In this document: piece after piece, positions 46,242-58,854 of the stretch
Position numbering within the stretch: the first letter of the stretch is position 1
Layout of the letters: every line of letters starts with the position of its first letter
From: Yuukianura sp. NJ FZ-2021
Lineage: Eukaryota
DNA length: 64,000 nt
NCBI GenBank assembly: GCA_046563655.1
Contig: CM102290.1
Location: forward strand, 9,610,001 to 9,674,000
Direction: 5' to 3'
Notes under the pieces: model-generated
Database searches by the model: none
The model's input: the letters and a program-made list of their open reading frames with translations, nothing else
Told to the model about the DNA's origin: nothing
Made by a program: the position numbers and the translations under genes

Positions 46242-46880
46242 AAACCGAAAAAGTGAAACTCTGCTACGAAGCCATTAACCTTCTCAATTGCCTTTCTTCA
46301 TCTTCGTCCTCTTCTTAAAATATTTGTGTGTGCTGTTACTACTAGAATGACTTTACGACACGGCGGGAGTTGTCGTGATAGCCAAAAAAAGGATACGAAT
46401 GACGCCGAAGGAGTGTCCAGCTTCTTCCGATTTTAAAACTTCTCGTCACACTTTAACGTTGCTCTCTTTGCAGTATGAAGCAGTTGGATTGGGTCATGTC
46501 ACCTAACTTGATGCAAGGTGCCGGACACCCTTCGGACGTCGAGATTCCGACCATAATGTCTTGTCTCGCGGGCTTTAATTTGACACTAGGATCATATCTT
46601 TGATCATCTACTGCCTTGTGATAACGTAGATTTTACTTAGAAAACAATTCAAAATGGAATCTAATAATCAAGTACAACGGAAAAATATGCTTTAGGGAGG
46701 AGTCAACCTTAACAAAAAAACTTAGCATGTAAGGGCCAAAAAGCGCCTTCCGGGAGTCAATCAATCACTTAAACCCACCAACAAAAAATATTATTCTTTT
46801 CACAACTTAAAATCAAGTAACAACAACAATAAAGATTCAATCATTTCACCTTACGCCTGACTTCAACCAAGCGACATTAT

Positions 46881-47007
46881 AGTTACTCCGAAGTGACCTT
46901 GAATGAATTGAAACTTGTTTTGTAAAGAATGTGCTGTTTTAATATTTTGAAATAGAGTTGAGAATTTTGGAAATCTCGGTGTCACCGGCTACTCAGCTTG
47001 GTGCACT
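46881..47007 (+). pseudogene. Fragment paralogous to an intron + exon of the downstream F-box/LRR-type gene (49038-49166)
   Basis: agttactccgaagtgaccttgaat...agagttgagaattttggaaatctcggtgtcaccggctactcag aligns with 49038-49166 and includes the acceptor and LRILEISVS coding. Confidence 0.8.
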
Positions 47008-47348
47008 CAGCTAGAAACGTCTAGACGTTTCTAGAGACGACGCATTAAAAACAAATCAACGCACAGGGGAAAAAATGAACTATCGTGTAATAATTATTGA
47101 TTATGGGTAGTTGGCCAGTCGTGACAAACAGTATTGACGAATTGCTGAAAATAAAAATTAGACTTCGGATGTACACTTTGGAATAACCGTTGTTGTAACC
47201 ATAGCGATAGTTCATTGGATAAAGTTGACGCCATGTTTGTATATTTGCGGTTTGAGTTTTCACGCCGAAAAAATCAGATGTTGTTGGTCAAAGCCATTTT
47301 GAAAATTGGGCAAGAACATCATCACGTAAACTTCCGAACAATCAATTA

Positions 47349-49413
47349 ATGCTCAAGATGAATCCCATGCGTCAGAATTCTGAAAATATTGTCTGGAATC
47401 TTCATGTGGTGAGATGGTAAACTTAAGTTAATTAAGAATCACGATTAATCTGACTAATTTTTACAGGTCATTACCAACTTGTGTCGGTTCATGAACCCTA
47501 GCGACCTTCCAGCACTCCGACTTGTTAATCAGGTTTCCAACTACGCCGCTGTGCTGTTCATGAAACAAAATGGCCACCGTCCTACGATTCACTTGCGAAC
47601 TGACGAAGACATTTCAGCTTTTCTCACCGTCATGTCCAAGCGCACCAATCCGGAACTTCCTTCATTCTGCTCGTACAAGTTAGCCCTTGCGTCGACTTCA
47701 CTGAAACGAGTTAAGCAGTTCGTCTCCAAGTCATCTGAGCTGTTTGAATTTGACTTCATTGACACGGACTGTGGGACTACTTGGGAACTGGCTCCACCCG
47801 AAGACATTTCTCCAGCAGTCCTTGATCAACAAATTGCTTCTGGCCAATTCTGTTCCAAAATACTGTCAGTATTGAAGCAAGGATCCACTCAACTACAGAA
47901 GATTTCCATTCGGTGCAAACGGGACATACCGGTTGACCAAACAAAGTTGGATGAATTTCCAGAAACGTATCCAAATCTTCGAGAATTTAAGGCCCATTAC
48001 CTCTCAAATGGATTCCAAATGACATGTGACATGGTGTCCATGATCGTTGCAAGAGCGCCAAGACTTCAATTACTTGAAGTAATTAACTTCTTTGGAAACA
48101 ATCGTTGGCACTACAGCGCTCTCCTTCTGCGACGTCTTGTACGAATTCTGAGTCGACCGGATCCACCGTTTCTTCGTTTACGCACTCAGCTCATGCTGCA
48201 AGATGACATTGAGTCACTCGAAACTCTCATGAGAGTTTCAAAATTCAATCGGTTGCGCTTCTTTGAATTTCTGCTGATTTTTGAAGATGTGAATCAAAAC
48301 GATGGTGGAAATCTTCTGAAAAGATTTTCAAAATTCCTCAAGTTCCAGGCACCAGCGCTCCAAGAATTGTCAATTGTTGCTGCTGGAAATGAGGTCACCC
48401 ACCCTCTGCAACTTCCGGAACTTCCGAATTTGAAAATTTTGGAAATCGCCAGTGTAATTAACTTCCGAAAAAACGCAATCCAGAGTCTGATGCCGAACCA
48501 GTTTCCAAATTTGGAAACTCTGGAAATTTCTGGACACAATTTGTACAAGCATTTAGTGGGAACAACTGTACTTCCATCGGTGAAATCACTTCTGCTGGAC
48601 CTTGAAATCTCCAATGCTTCGCCAGTTGAAGACGCAGCTTCTACTGATACAATTCACATTAACTTTCCGAACTTAATCCAACTTGAACTTCGCGACAGCA
48701 CTTACATGAATTTGAAACGCGTCGACTACGTTTTGAATCATTTGGTCAGCCTTGAAATTCTGGTGCTCACGACTCACTTGACCTTGAAGCGTCGTGGCGG
48801 AAATGCTTTCTGGAAAACTTTTGCTGGAAAGCACTTGCGACTGCCAAAGCCAGATATTTTGAAGTTGTGTCAACGCCAGGTCAGGTCAACTATACAACTT
48901 AGCCAAAACAATTATTCAATTAATCTCAATTACATTTCTGTGTCACCCTCAGTCAAAAGAGCCAGTTGTCCAGGAAGAACGTGAGACGGAGTGGAACAGC
49001 AACAACAAACTACCGTCATTGGGCAATCTCCCAAGTTAGTTACTCCGAAGTGACCTTGAATTAATTTAAACTTGTTTTATAAATTTGAATGTGTTGTTTT
49101 AAATTTTGAAAAAGAGTTGAGAATTTTGGAAATCTCGGTGTCACTGGCTACTCAGTTGGGAGCACTTGCTTACATGGCGCGTCCTGAGTGCATGCATCCA
49201 CTGCAAAAACTTTATCTTGGATTCACTCATGGGAACTCAATTGATCCGGATGCAAGTCTTACATTGCTGAATTTAAAAAGATCTTTGTAATGTTAAATGG
49301 AATTAAAGTTCTGTCCCTTGTAGGATCAAGATGATTACGTGCGCATGCTCCGACGATTTCATCAAGAAGTAAACGTTGAAGAACTCGGTCCACGTCGAGG
49401 AATCCGTATTTAA
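47349..49413 (+). CDS. F-box-like N-terminus + degenerate LRR/RNI-like protein (lineage-expanded family)
   Basis: Exons ~47349-47408, 47468-48879, ~48953-49034, ~49115-49251, 49324-49413. N-terminal VWNLHVVITNLCRFMNPSDLPALRLVN resembles an F-box; repeated (F/L)PNLxxLxI motifs follow. Confidence 0.7.
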
Positions 49414-50446
49414 GCAAATCTTCGCATCATACGCTTTTGCTCTGCACAAAATTTCAATGTCAAAGTCAATCGTTTACTTCATCTCACAAATCAACTCAAT
49501 TTCTCGTATTTTTGACGAGAAAACGTTAACTGAAAACGTTTTGCAATAAAAATTTCTTTGAAACCAGCGTTTCCTGTACGATTGTTCTGAAATAGCTTTG
49601 GTCCTAAAGTTACAAACTACATGTTCTACATACAATACGTACCACAGAGATCACCGTTCGAGGAAGAGACTATATGCTAGATGCATGTTAGATTACGTCG
49701 ATATTCGCCAATAAACTTTGTATGGCTGGCTCTGACGACGACGGCTGACGTTGATTTGTTGAATATTTCCACATTTCGAAACGCCAGTCGCTTTTCAACC
49801 TTAAAAATAAAAATTTAAATTTAAAATATATCGAACGTTATTTCTGAATTCTGATTTGATTGATTTCATAAGATGGGCTCGATACATACATCGTACTTCC
49901 GAATTCACAATTCATATAAGTCTACCATTTATTAGTCATTTTTGGACTTTGTATGACATAAGTACACATTTGTACATAATATGAACTTTGTCTTGATTTG
50001 ACACTCTTTTTTTCGTTTTGGCAGACTTTGTCTTTTGCAGAAATGGCCAATAGGTGCAAGGTAAGGGCAAGTTTAAGTATGGGAAAAAATTTGAATTTAT
50101 AGGAATAAACAAACTGCCTAGAATTTTGAATCAGACTTTAGATGATTTTTTTCCTATTTAGAAACGTTTTCAATGTGTATTTTTCGTATAACCTCCTTAT
50201 ATGGAGGGGAAAGTACTAATTAGAATTTGGAAAGAAAAAGAATATTTTTTTTTGCTGAAAATGTTTCCAAGGTGATTTTTTATCGGTTTTACGTTCTTGT
50301 TGACTCCGATGCTTAGTTTTTTTTAGCCACGGCGCGACGCGGCGTTGGAAACAGACGGAACGGGCTGAAGTTGGAATCAGTTAATTTGTAATTGCAAAGA
50401 AACTCAAAAGGTTAAGTAACGCAGGTCAAAGGTCAATTTGTTCACA

Positions 50447-52059
50447 ATGGAGATCTTCCTTCAGGAAGAGGTTTTGATCCAGGTCAGCAGCAGTAGCAGC
50501 AGTAGTACTGAGAGCAGCGGTGCTGCTGCTGTGAATGACCCCGCAGCACCACCAGCGGAAGCTCCGCCTCGGGCTCTCTTGCGTTTTCCTAGTCGTAACC
50601 TTCCAGCACGTCGTCGGAGTGAGAATGACGCCGAGTACCAGTACTTGAAGATGTACGAAAGTGCCAAAGTACTGCTCCAGGACATTTTCAAGACTCCGCA
50701 TACCATCAACTCTGAACATATCTTGGAACGACTGCAACGCCAAGACTACGAGGGGTGGAGTCTCGACTGGGAGAGGAAACTGACTGTCCTTGGAACACGT
50801 CGGTCCTACGCCAGTGATGTTCTCCAGCATGCATTCCAGGGTATCTATGAAACAAAGTTTCAAAAATTTTAAAAACATGAGTTTTTTTTTCAAAAAAGTG
50901 TTTGGTTGTACTTTTGCAGAAGTGATACCGGTTGGAGTGTCTGAGTCATTGTACCATTTGGTGGCCTGTCCCACTGTGAACTTGATGAAACGGAAGAAAC
51001 TGGAGACGGATGAAACGCGGAAGGACGGCAAGGCAGTTTTCGAAGTGGCGAATATCAACGACTGCGTTTTCCTAAGAGTGGTCCAAACGTCAAAACGACG
51101 CAGATTCTCAGGCAATAAGGTGTTCACTGGACGAGATCGCCGCGGGAAGGAAATTTTCAAATTGGTGTGGGGTCGGGCGCTTCTCTCACGACGGCGGGTA
51201 AGTTCAAAAACGTAGAAAAACGGTTACAATACCTTCGGAATTAGGAGGTACCAACTGGGTATCTGCCAAAATACTCGAGGTATTTTGATGAAATAACAAA
51301 AATACTCGAGGTTCTATGAAAAAACTAAAAGTACTTGCGGTACCATGCTAAACTGTACTAAAAATACTCTCTAAGTATGTTTCCGTGATACTCAAAACAA
51401 GTTTATGTTTTGTTTTTAGTTAGTGAAGGTGTACTGTCCAGTGGGTTGTCACGTCGGTACCCTTAGAACACGATGGTCAATGCGGGAACATTCATACTAC
51501 AGTGTCATTTCACCAACCAATGAACGCTTTGCTCGCATCAAAGGTCGACTTGCAAACGTTTGGTTCGATGCAGACTTGGAACTTAGCGATGTTACCGGAA
51601 ACGTAAGAAAAAATGGCTGAATTTTCACAGCAAACAATTTCGAGTCAGAATTTTTTTGCCACTGCGCAGATGAATTTCTACAATATGGGAGAATCCGGAG
51701 CAATTCGAGGTGACTGGGCATGGAACGCCAACGAACCTGTCATGTCGATTACGTTTCCATTGTACCCTATTGGTCTTCTCACAAAGCTCATGACGCTGGC
51801 AGCGTCAATACTGATTGTAAGTGTTTTCGAAAAACCGACTCTCATTTTGAAAACATTTGTCACTTTCAAAAACTTTTCGTTTTATCTTTAGTTTGAACGC
51901 GCTTTCAAAAGCAAATTGAAAGGCAAGCTACTGCCGCAGAGTGAAAATACGTCACAGGAAATGCAAACGGAGTTGCGCCGTGTTAAACGTAAACGACACT
52001 TGGCAATTGTCAACGACACTTCCAGCGAAGTTGCAAAGTTATTGGCGGGTTTGCGTTAG
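50447..52059 (+). CDS. Divergent phospholipid scramblase / Tubby-C-like fold protein
   Basis: Five-exon model. VKVYCPVGCHVGTLRTRWS, FARIKG and MSITFPLYPIGLLTKLMTLAASILI resemble the scramblase motifs PPGxxIG..W, IxGP and FPxDL..KAxLLxAxFLI. Confidence 0.55.
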
Positions 52060-52551
52060 TTTTTGAACTCTACAAGCAACAAAGTCGCTTCAACTTTTCA
52101 AAAAACGCAGTATCCCCAAATTGCTAATTTTTGTTTATGTCATTGTAATGACACAGCTTCTAAGTCTCAAATGTTCAAAATTTACCGTAAAAACTTGAAT
52201 TTTATAAAATGAAGGTATACTAATTCTAAGAAAAAAGTAAAAATCATTATTTAAAAAGTATCTGATTCTAGGTCTTATTCTGAATTGAATTATTTATATA
52301 TTTTGGTAATTTAAGTTGTAAGTATCAAAATAGTTTGAAATTGTTGTACATTATGAAAGTTTGAAGTTTTACATTAAAAAAGAACCTCTCTGTTCGACTA
52401 AATGCGAGTTTAAAAAAAGTTACTACAAGTTAGACGCTGAAATTGTGACTTAGGAAAATTGATGAGTTCACATTGAGCTAAACGTTATTGGTTCGTTGAA
52501 AAATAAGCAGTTAGAAACGGATTTCCAACCGAGTGGTTCTGGACGTAACTG

Positions 52552-54053
52552 TTAAGTAGAAACGCTGAGCCAAGCCACGTGACTTGCAATTCCACACATA
52601 TTGGATCCAATAGCTACGTACAGATACCCCTTGTCACCAAATCCAGTTCCCCAGGAGTTTCGGACGATGTAGTGCGGAACTTCTCCAGTTTTATCATATC
52701 CGACAATCTGTCAAAAACGATTTTTTTTTCAAAATACTTCGTACAAGAAAACTTCAGAATTTTGCTTTTAAACTGTTTGCTTTCTTTCACCTGAACAGCA
52801 TGATTGAGATTGGCAGCACAGTTCCATTGAATAATTCCTCCGACGTAATACTGCCAATTAGTTGCATCAACTGCCACAGCCACTGGACCGTGCGTTTCAA
52901 GTATTTCCAGTATTTGATCCTCATTGCGAGACAGACTATAACATACCAAAAGATCGAATAAGGTTATTGAACCCCGTTTTGTTATGTCATGTTAAAGGTT
53001 ACTTACGCTTTGCAAGAGTAATTGGAATTGACTCGAACGCCACTATCGATAGCCATCAGAAGACATTCTTCTGTCTTGAGTGTTGTTGGGTACTCCGATT
53101 CCTTCACCAGATTGCTACCAGTCATCCACTCAATAGCTGCGCAAGTATCTCCACCATTACATCCAAGGTTCCCGTTCTTCGAACAGTCAATGACTTGCTG
53201 AACGCTAAGTGGTTGGAGATTTCCAGTAGCCAGGGCGCTCATAGTCTCCGCAGTTTCTACGGTTGAGAAAGCCCAGCAAGCTCCACAGCTCCTCTGCTGC
53301 TTGACGGGAGTAACTACGCCCTTATCTCTCCAATCAACCTTCAACTTACTGACGCTTCGCTTTCGTTTGGTAACAAGATTCTCAAAAGCAACGCCTTCCG
53401 ATGGGTGATAAGTTTTCTTGGAATGGTGACGATGCTTGCTTCGATACTTTTCAATGTGATGGATCAAGTTGGAGTCAAGGAACTTGGCACGGAATTCATC
53501 CTGAGTGAGATCAGCAAAAGACGTAAGGCCCCACGAAGCAGTGCCCTCGTTCTTCGGAAGGCCGTCTCGCCAACGGTTATCGAAATCCGAATCGGATTGA
53601 CCCAGAATAATTCCGTCATCGCTAGTTGGACGTCCATTGAGAAGCTTGATGGCTTCAACCGATTTCTACAAACAAAAAATTTCATTAGAATTAATAGTTT
53701 TTAGCTCCATTTTCATTTGCTGAAAGAAATAATAGGAATATTGGCACAGGTTTTAGAAAGAAAAAGAAAATGATCTAATCTAAAATTCAAAAACTGTGAA
53801 GTTGTCGTGTGAAGGTTGATAAGCTAGTTTCTATCACAGGTCAAGAGGTCGTGTTCCTCACCTTGAAGGCTAAAAATCGTCTTTCTCGTTCAATTTCCGT
53901 TTCATAGCTTTTCCCAAAGTATTGCGTAAAGTTGTTGAACTGGGATGTGAGCTGAGTCTCTTCGTCTGGACGGCTGAGATGAATTGGGATACCGATGAAA
54001 CAGATTACGGCAATCGTGGTCCACAGGAGTATTGTTTTGGCACGTTGTTCCAT
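52552..54053 (-). CDS. CTSO: Papain-family cysteine protease, cathepsin O-like
   Basis: Hydrophobic N-terminus; I29-type propeptide (WGLTSFADLTQDEF); VDWRDKG; QQRSCGACWAFS (catalytic Cys); SVQQVIDC; WQYYVGGIIQWNC; NHAVQ (His); YIVRNSWG (Asn). Confidence 0.9.
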
Positions 54054-55509
54054 TTTGAGAGATCAATCAAGTGACTAGGAACAGGGATGAACTGCTGAAA
54101 AAAGGAACAGAACTGAGTTAGTCAAATGCTACGAAGTGACTGAATGTCACCGACGTGAAGGAAGTCTGACTTTTAGAATTTGACAGCAGCGGTTTGTACA
54201 GTATCTCTTCCTTGTGATTCTGATAACCTGGACGACTTCCTCGGTCAATGCCGTCGTCTTTTCTCGAAAGCAATAATGTTGACCTCCAGCAAAAGAATAC
54301 AGAAATGAGGAGAGTCCGTCCAGGAACTTGTTTAGGTTATACACTGTGAATAAGCAAATAGATATGTTATCTTACTACAAAACTTTTGAAAAACCAAGCT
54401 AATCATTTACACTCTAAAGGGATGATGATGACGAAAAAACCATACTATTTTTTATGGTCACAAAAACTTACCTGTCCGGTTTCTGTTCAGAATCAGAACC
54501 CAATTTGGTTTACCCCGAAAAACATTCGCCAGTTTACCTCAGACCGGTGAGGACAAGAACTTATTGCTGTCATCAGTCATAAACGGCACGTTTTTTATGC
54601 AAAAATTATGTTAACTCCTTTCATTATGTTAATTGTTAATTTCATTACATGTCAAAGAGACTGACAAAATGCTGAGTCGTTCGTTACATATTGACAAGAT
54701 CTTTTCTTCTTGGCTTTGCTGATGCATAATAACGCTGAATAATCGGTTTTAGACCCACAATAAGTCAAAAGTCATAAAATCTTTTTGTCCTACATTTCAA
54801 AGGAAAAACGGATGTTTCGCTCCGTTAAAAATTAACTCGTAAGTCACAAGTTACAAGTTGTAAGTGTAGGAGTGTAACTTCTTGCCTTCTTCAGTCTCAC
54901 ATTACATAACATCGAGGAACTACTTGCTACCATACTACATAGTTATGAAATATGAAACCTTTTACCTTTGGTCAGCAAATTTTTGAGAAGAACCAATGTC
55001 TTGGCAGGTCAAAGGTCCCTTTAGAATCCCTTTCTTGGCATGGACGATTAACACCGAAAGTTTCTGTCCGAAACGCAGTAGGGTTTTCGAAGTAAAGAGC
55101 GATGAACAATGAAGGGATTGGAAACGACGCGCGTGGTTTACAGGCTGAGGCTGAGCATTAAAAACTTCAAAGGAACAAGAGGGAACGAAATGGAGCGTTG
55201 TTGTGAAATTTGAACCGAAATGGCGGGATTTCTCTTATCACCAAACACAGCAGACTTCAAGTTTAACTCCCATACACCCCCAAGTCTTCGCCTCAGCGTT
55301 AAATTAAACGTGAAATTGTCAAGGGAGGTTACATAACCTACATTTTTACACTGTTCTTTCGTTGGTGATACGACGATATTCTTGACATAGGAAACCCAGA
55401 CATTCACCGTTGAAAGCAAAAAAAAACTATTTTTTTGTTAAACGCATGCTAAAATACTTGCAAATTTGTATCCGTATGAAAAATACTAATATGTATAATA
55501 TGTATAATA

Positions 55510-57104
55510 CTAACAGAGAGAAACGGGGAGAAAACAGCTGGTAGTGAGACTACAGTCTCTCCTAAAATACTGAATTAATTGCTGTCATAAGTGTTACATC
55601 TCTATAGTTTGCACACACTAACAGATAGAAAATGTTCTCCTGTATCCTTGGATCAGTGTTCAGTGTGAATCAGTGACCGTAATCAGTGTTTAATCAATCA
55701 ATCAAAACTGTTCTTACAAACAACCTGTAAGTCTTAAGTTCCCATTTGAAGGGCGAGATGGAGCTGGATATCAATCCAGCTAAGGATAATGGTATTATTA
55801 TACCATTCTTACCAAAGTATCGATTACTCGATTACCTCAGTGCAGTGTCTGATTTGGTAGATCCTAAATCAATTACTGATGCGGGAATGTTCGGCCCTCG
55901 CACAGTTGCAATCTTTTTTGAAAATGAAGATGATATGATGAAATCAATTGGTTCTGGAACAATCAAAGTTGGAGACTCCTGTTTTTCGGTGGCACCCTAT
56001 ACTAGATCTTATTCGAAGATTTTCATGCGAAATGTACCGCCATTCATTCCTGAAGAGCTAATTGTCACTTCACTAAGTGGATTTGGTAAGGTTCTTGCCA
56101 CATCTAAGATTAAGTTCCGTTCACTGCCGGAAAAGCTCAAGCATATCAACACGTTTATGCGTGAGGCTACTATCGAACTTACTGTTCAAAAATCAGAAAT
56201 CCCAAGGTCAACCATCCTGAATTACGAAGGTCGTCAGTACACCATACAACTTGACACAGAAGCACAGCGATGCCATTTCTGCAATGGAACTGGCCACTTC
56301 GCTAGTAAGTGCAAGAAGAAACTTGCTGCACATTCTACAAATGATCCGGGGAACGTTCCAAAAATACCAGTTGCCAATATCAGCACTTCAGTTTCCATTC
56401 CAACATGGGCTGACCTTGCAAAATCGAAAGGAGTTCTCAACGTTCAAAATACTACTCAATCTGAAGGTGAAATAACCTCCGAATTTGACACTGACGAAAT
56501 GGAAAAAGACGAAGATGGCTTTGAGAGGGTACGGAAACGAACAAAAAGATCACCACGAAAAGTTAAAAAACCGGACAGCATTGGCCTTTCCAGTCAAATT
56601 CGACCACCGATCTTCAGTGGCCTTTCAACTTCAACTCTTCAACATGCCCCTGTACTTCCATCATCTTCAAATAATTCCGAAGTTGAATCTGATCGCGATG
56701 ACTCTTTGATTGAAAACGTTCAACTAGAGCCACTTCCAGAAATTAATCTTCCACAAGGTGTCCAGATCGAAGACTTAGTTTCTTTTCTTTCATCCTTCAA
56801 ATCAGGAAGAGTAACAAAGAAAAAAATTGAATCAACCCTCATCACTGTTGCTGTTACCCGGGCAAAAATGAAAACGACACTCCTACTTCTTAAAAATGAA
56901 ATTGCTCCTACATCGCATCCTGTTTTGCGTAAGATTTTAGAAAAGTTACTTAGAAATTGGCCTGAAGAATTTCAGTCTATCTAAATACAAACCAATACAA
57001 TGATATTGTCTGTATATAGCTTTAACACTCAGGGCTTAAAAAATCTACAATCCAGGATAAAGTTAGTTAAACTATTAAATTTATATAAACCTGAAAAAAA
57101 AAAA
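55510..57104 (+). mobile_element. Tx1/L1-clade non-LTR retroelement: intact ORF1, ORF2 truncated and poly(A)-tailed; 5' boundary approximate
   Basis: 5' region with repeated TCAGT; ORF1 55758-56984; ATG at 57000 opens MILSVYSFNTQGLKN..RIKLVKLLNLYKP (APE endonuclease N-terminus); A11 at 57094-57104. Confidence 0.85.
55758..56984 (+). CDS. Tx1-type ORF1p (RRM-like region + CCHC zinc knuckle), 408 aa, intronless
   Basis: VAIFF, KIFMRNVPPFIPEELIVTSLSGFGKV, CHFCNGTGHFASKC, PTWADL and DGFERVRKR are typical non-LTR ORF1 motifs. Confidence 0.85.
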   Translation: MELDINPAKDNGIIIPFLPKYRLLDYLSAVSDLVDPKSITDAGMFGPRTVAIFFENEDDMMKSIGSGTIKVGDSCFSVAPYTRSYSKIFMRNVPPFIPEELIVTSLSGFGKVLATSKIKFRSLPEKLKHINTFMREATIELTVQKSEIPRSTILNYEGRQYTIQLDTEAQRCHFCNGTGHFASKCKKKLAAHSTNDPGNVPKIPVANISTSVSIPTWADLAKSKGVLNVQNTTQSEGEITSEFDTDEMEKDEDGFERVRKRTKRSPRKVKKPDSIGLSSQIRPPIFSGLSTSTLQHAPVLPSSSNNSEVESDRDDSLIENVQLEPLPEINLPQGVQIEDLVSFLSSFKSGRVTKKKIESTLITVAVTRAKMKTTLLLLKNEIAPTSHPVLRKILEKLLRNWPEEFQSI

Positions 57105-58854
57105 GATTTGTATAATGTAGTGACAATTATTGGCAGATGATAGTGTATGATACTTATGGCACCTCATTTCTTTAGGTTGAGCACATGTTAATTAAACTTC
57201 CTAATTTGATCAAAAAAAAAAAAACGAATGTACAAGGCATTTACTACATAAGTAAATTGAAATTACTAAATAAATTCATAATTTCCGTAAAAAAAAAAAA
57301 ATTAACAGAGAACTTCTATTTTATTTCATAATTTTTAAGTGCGAAAATCCTAATATTAACATTCAGTAGCAAATATGTTATAAACCAAGCCGCCGTTGCT
57401 GTTAAAAAAAAACTAATATGTATACCAATACCGGAGGTTTCCTTCTGAGGTACTAATTCTTTCCTTATTTTAAGATTCATTTTTGCAATTATTTCATAAA
57501 TTGTTCGTAAAATCCCGAAGTTAATTTAATCAAACCTAACCGCAGGGTACTATTATAGAGGGGGCATTATTTCTTTCAGACCTCCTAGGGCATACGCACT
57601 ATGAAGACGGGGAATTATTTAGAAGCGCTGTACTATTCGGAAATCTGCTGTAGTATACATATTTATTTATTTATTTATTTAATTGCCACTGATGCCCTGC
57701 ATGCAGGTGTTTACATCGTGGATGCTTGTAGTGAAATAAGAAGTAGTGAGTAGTGTAATGAATGAAGTATTGCGATATACGTTAGTTTAAGTTAGGTGTA
57801 AATTGTAAAATAATGAATAATACATAAATGTATTATTCATAATGTTGTCAGAAAAGTATGTCGTATCACAGTTACAGTGCATACCCGCTTCCCCAAAGCT
57901 CGGCTAACGTTAAATCCTTTTGCTGCAAAAACAGGGGACGCTAGTTACTAGTTTACTTTAAAAATTTTTTAGGTTTTTTAGCAACTTTTATTGAAAGCTA
58001 AGAAAACTGGAGCTTCGGTTTGGTTAATTTAATAATTCATTAAGGTGGTTAATTTGATTTGTTACGACGTTTGATTATTTAAAACTGAATATTTGCTAAG
58101 GCGCTAATATGAGATTCCAAGGGCCATTCAAGGCGGTGAATTGAGTGTGCCCGGAGTTGTGTTTGTTACTAAAGCATGCATAAATTCCAGTGTGGAGGGA
58201 ACGGAGTCATTCATTCGCAACAACTCAGGAGTCATGAGAAGGTTTGAATTGTTGTGTCTCTCTCGTTCTCCCTCCTTCCTTATCAATATTGTTCTTACCA
58301 GTTGATCACAAAAGCTCATGAACAGATTCTTTTAGTTCTTCGAAGAACACTAGAAAGGATAGACTTTCGTTTCCGACTGCCCTGCTTCTAAATTAAGAAG
58401 CAAGTGAAGAAGTCAACGGGAAGGATTCTCGAGTTCATCATTTTCTAAAAACCCAACCAGGAAGACACCAATTCTCTAACTTATTGACCTATTGGATGTC
58501 ATTGTCATTTTGATAGTTCGGTCGCTTTGCAACAGTTGGTAGGGGACGGATTCAATTGCGAGGTCGAGGTAAATTAAATCCAAACATCTGATTCATCATT
58601 TCATTTTAACTAACAGACAGTAAAACTAAAGCTTTTACTCCTCTTTCTCATTATTGTTCAGCGCCGGCCGTGTGGTTGGGGAATTCCGTAGCCTGTGTCC
58701 TTGCTGGTCGTCTACAATTTTTAGAAGTCAACAGTTCGCTTACTTGTAAGTGAGATCCATGAATTAGCTTATTCGGTTAGTTGGAAGGACAATAACTGTG
58801 TTTTGTTATAATTGTTTGTCTTTTGTGCAGCTTTGAACCCAGTAGTTCACAAGA

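Noticed and set aside
46345..46385. SECIS element
   Set aside because: The AUGA/GA quartet geometry and apical AA are missing, and the upstream CDS has no in-frame TGA.
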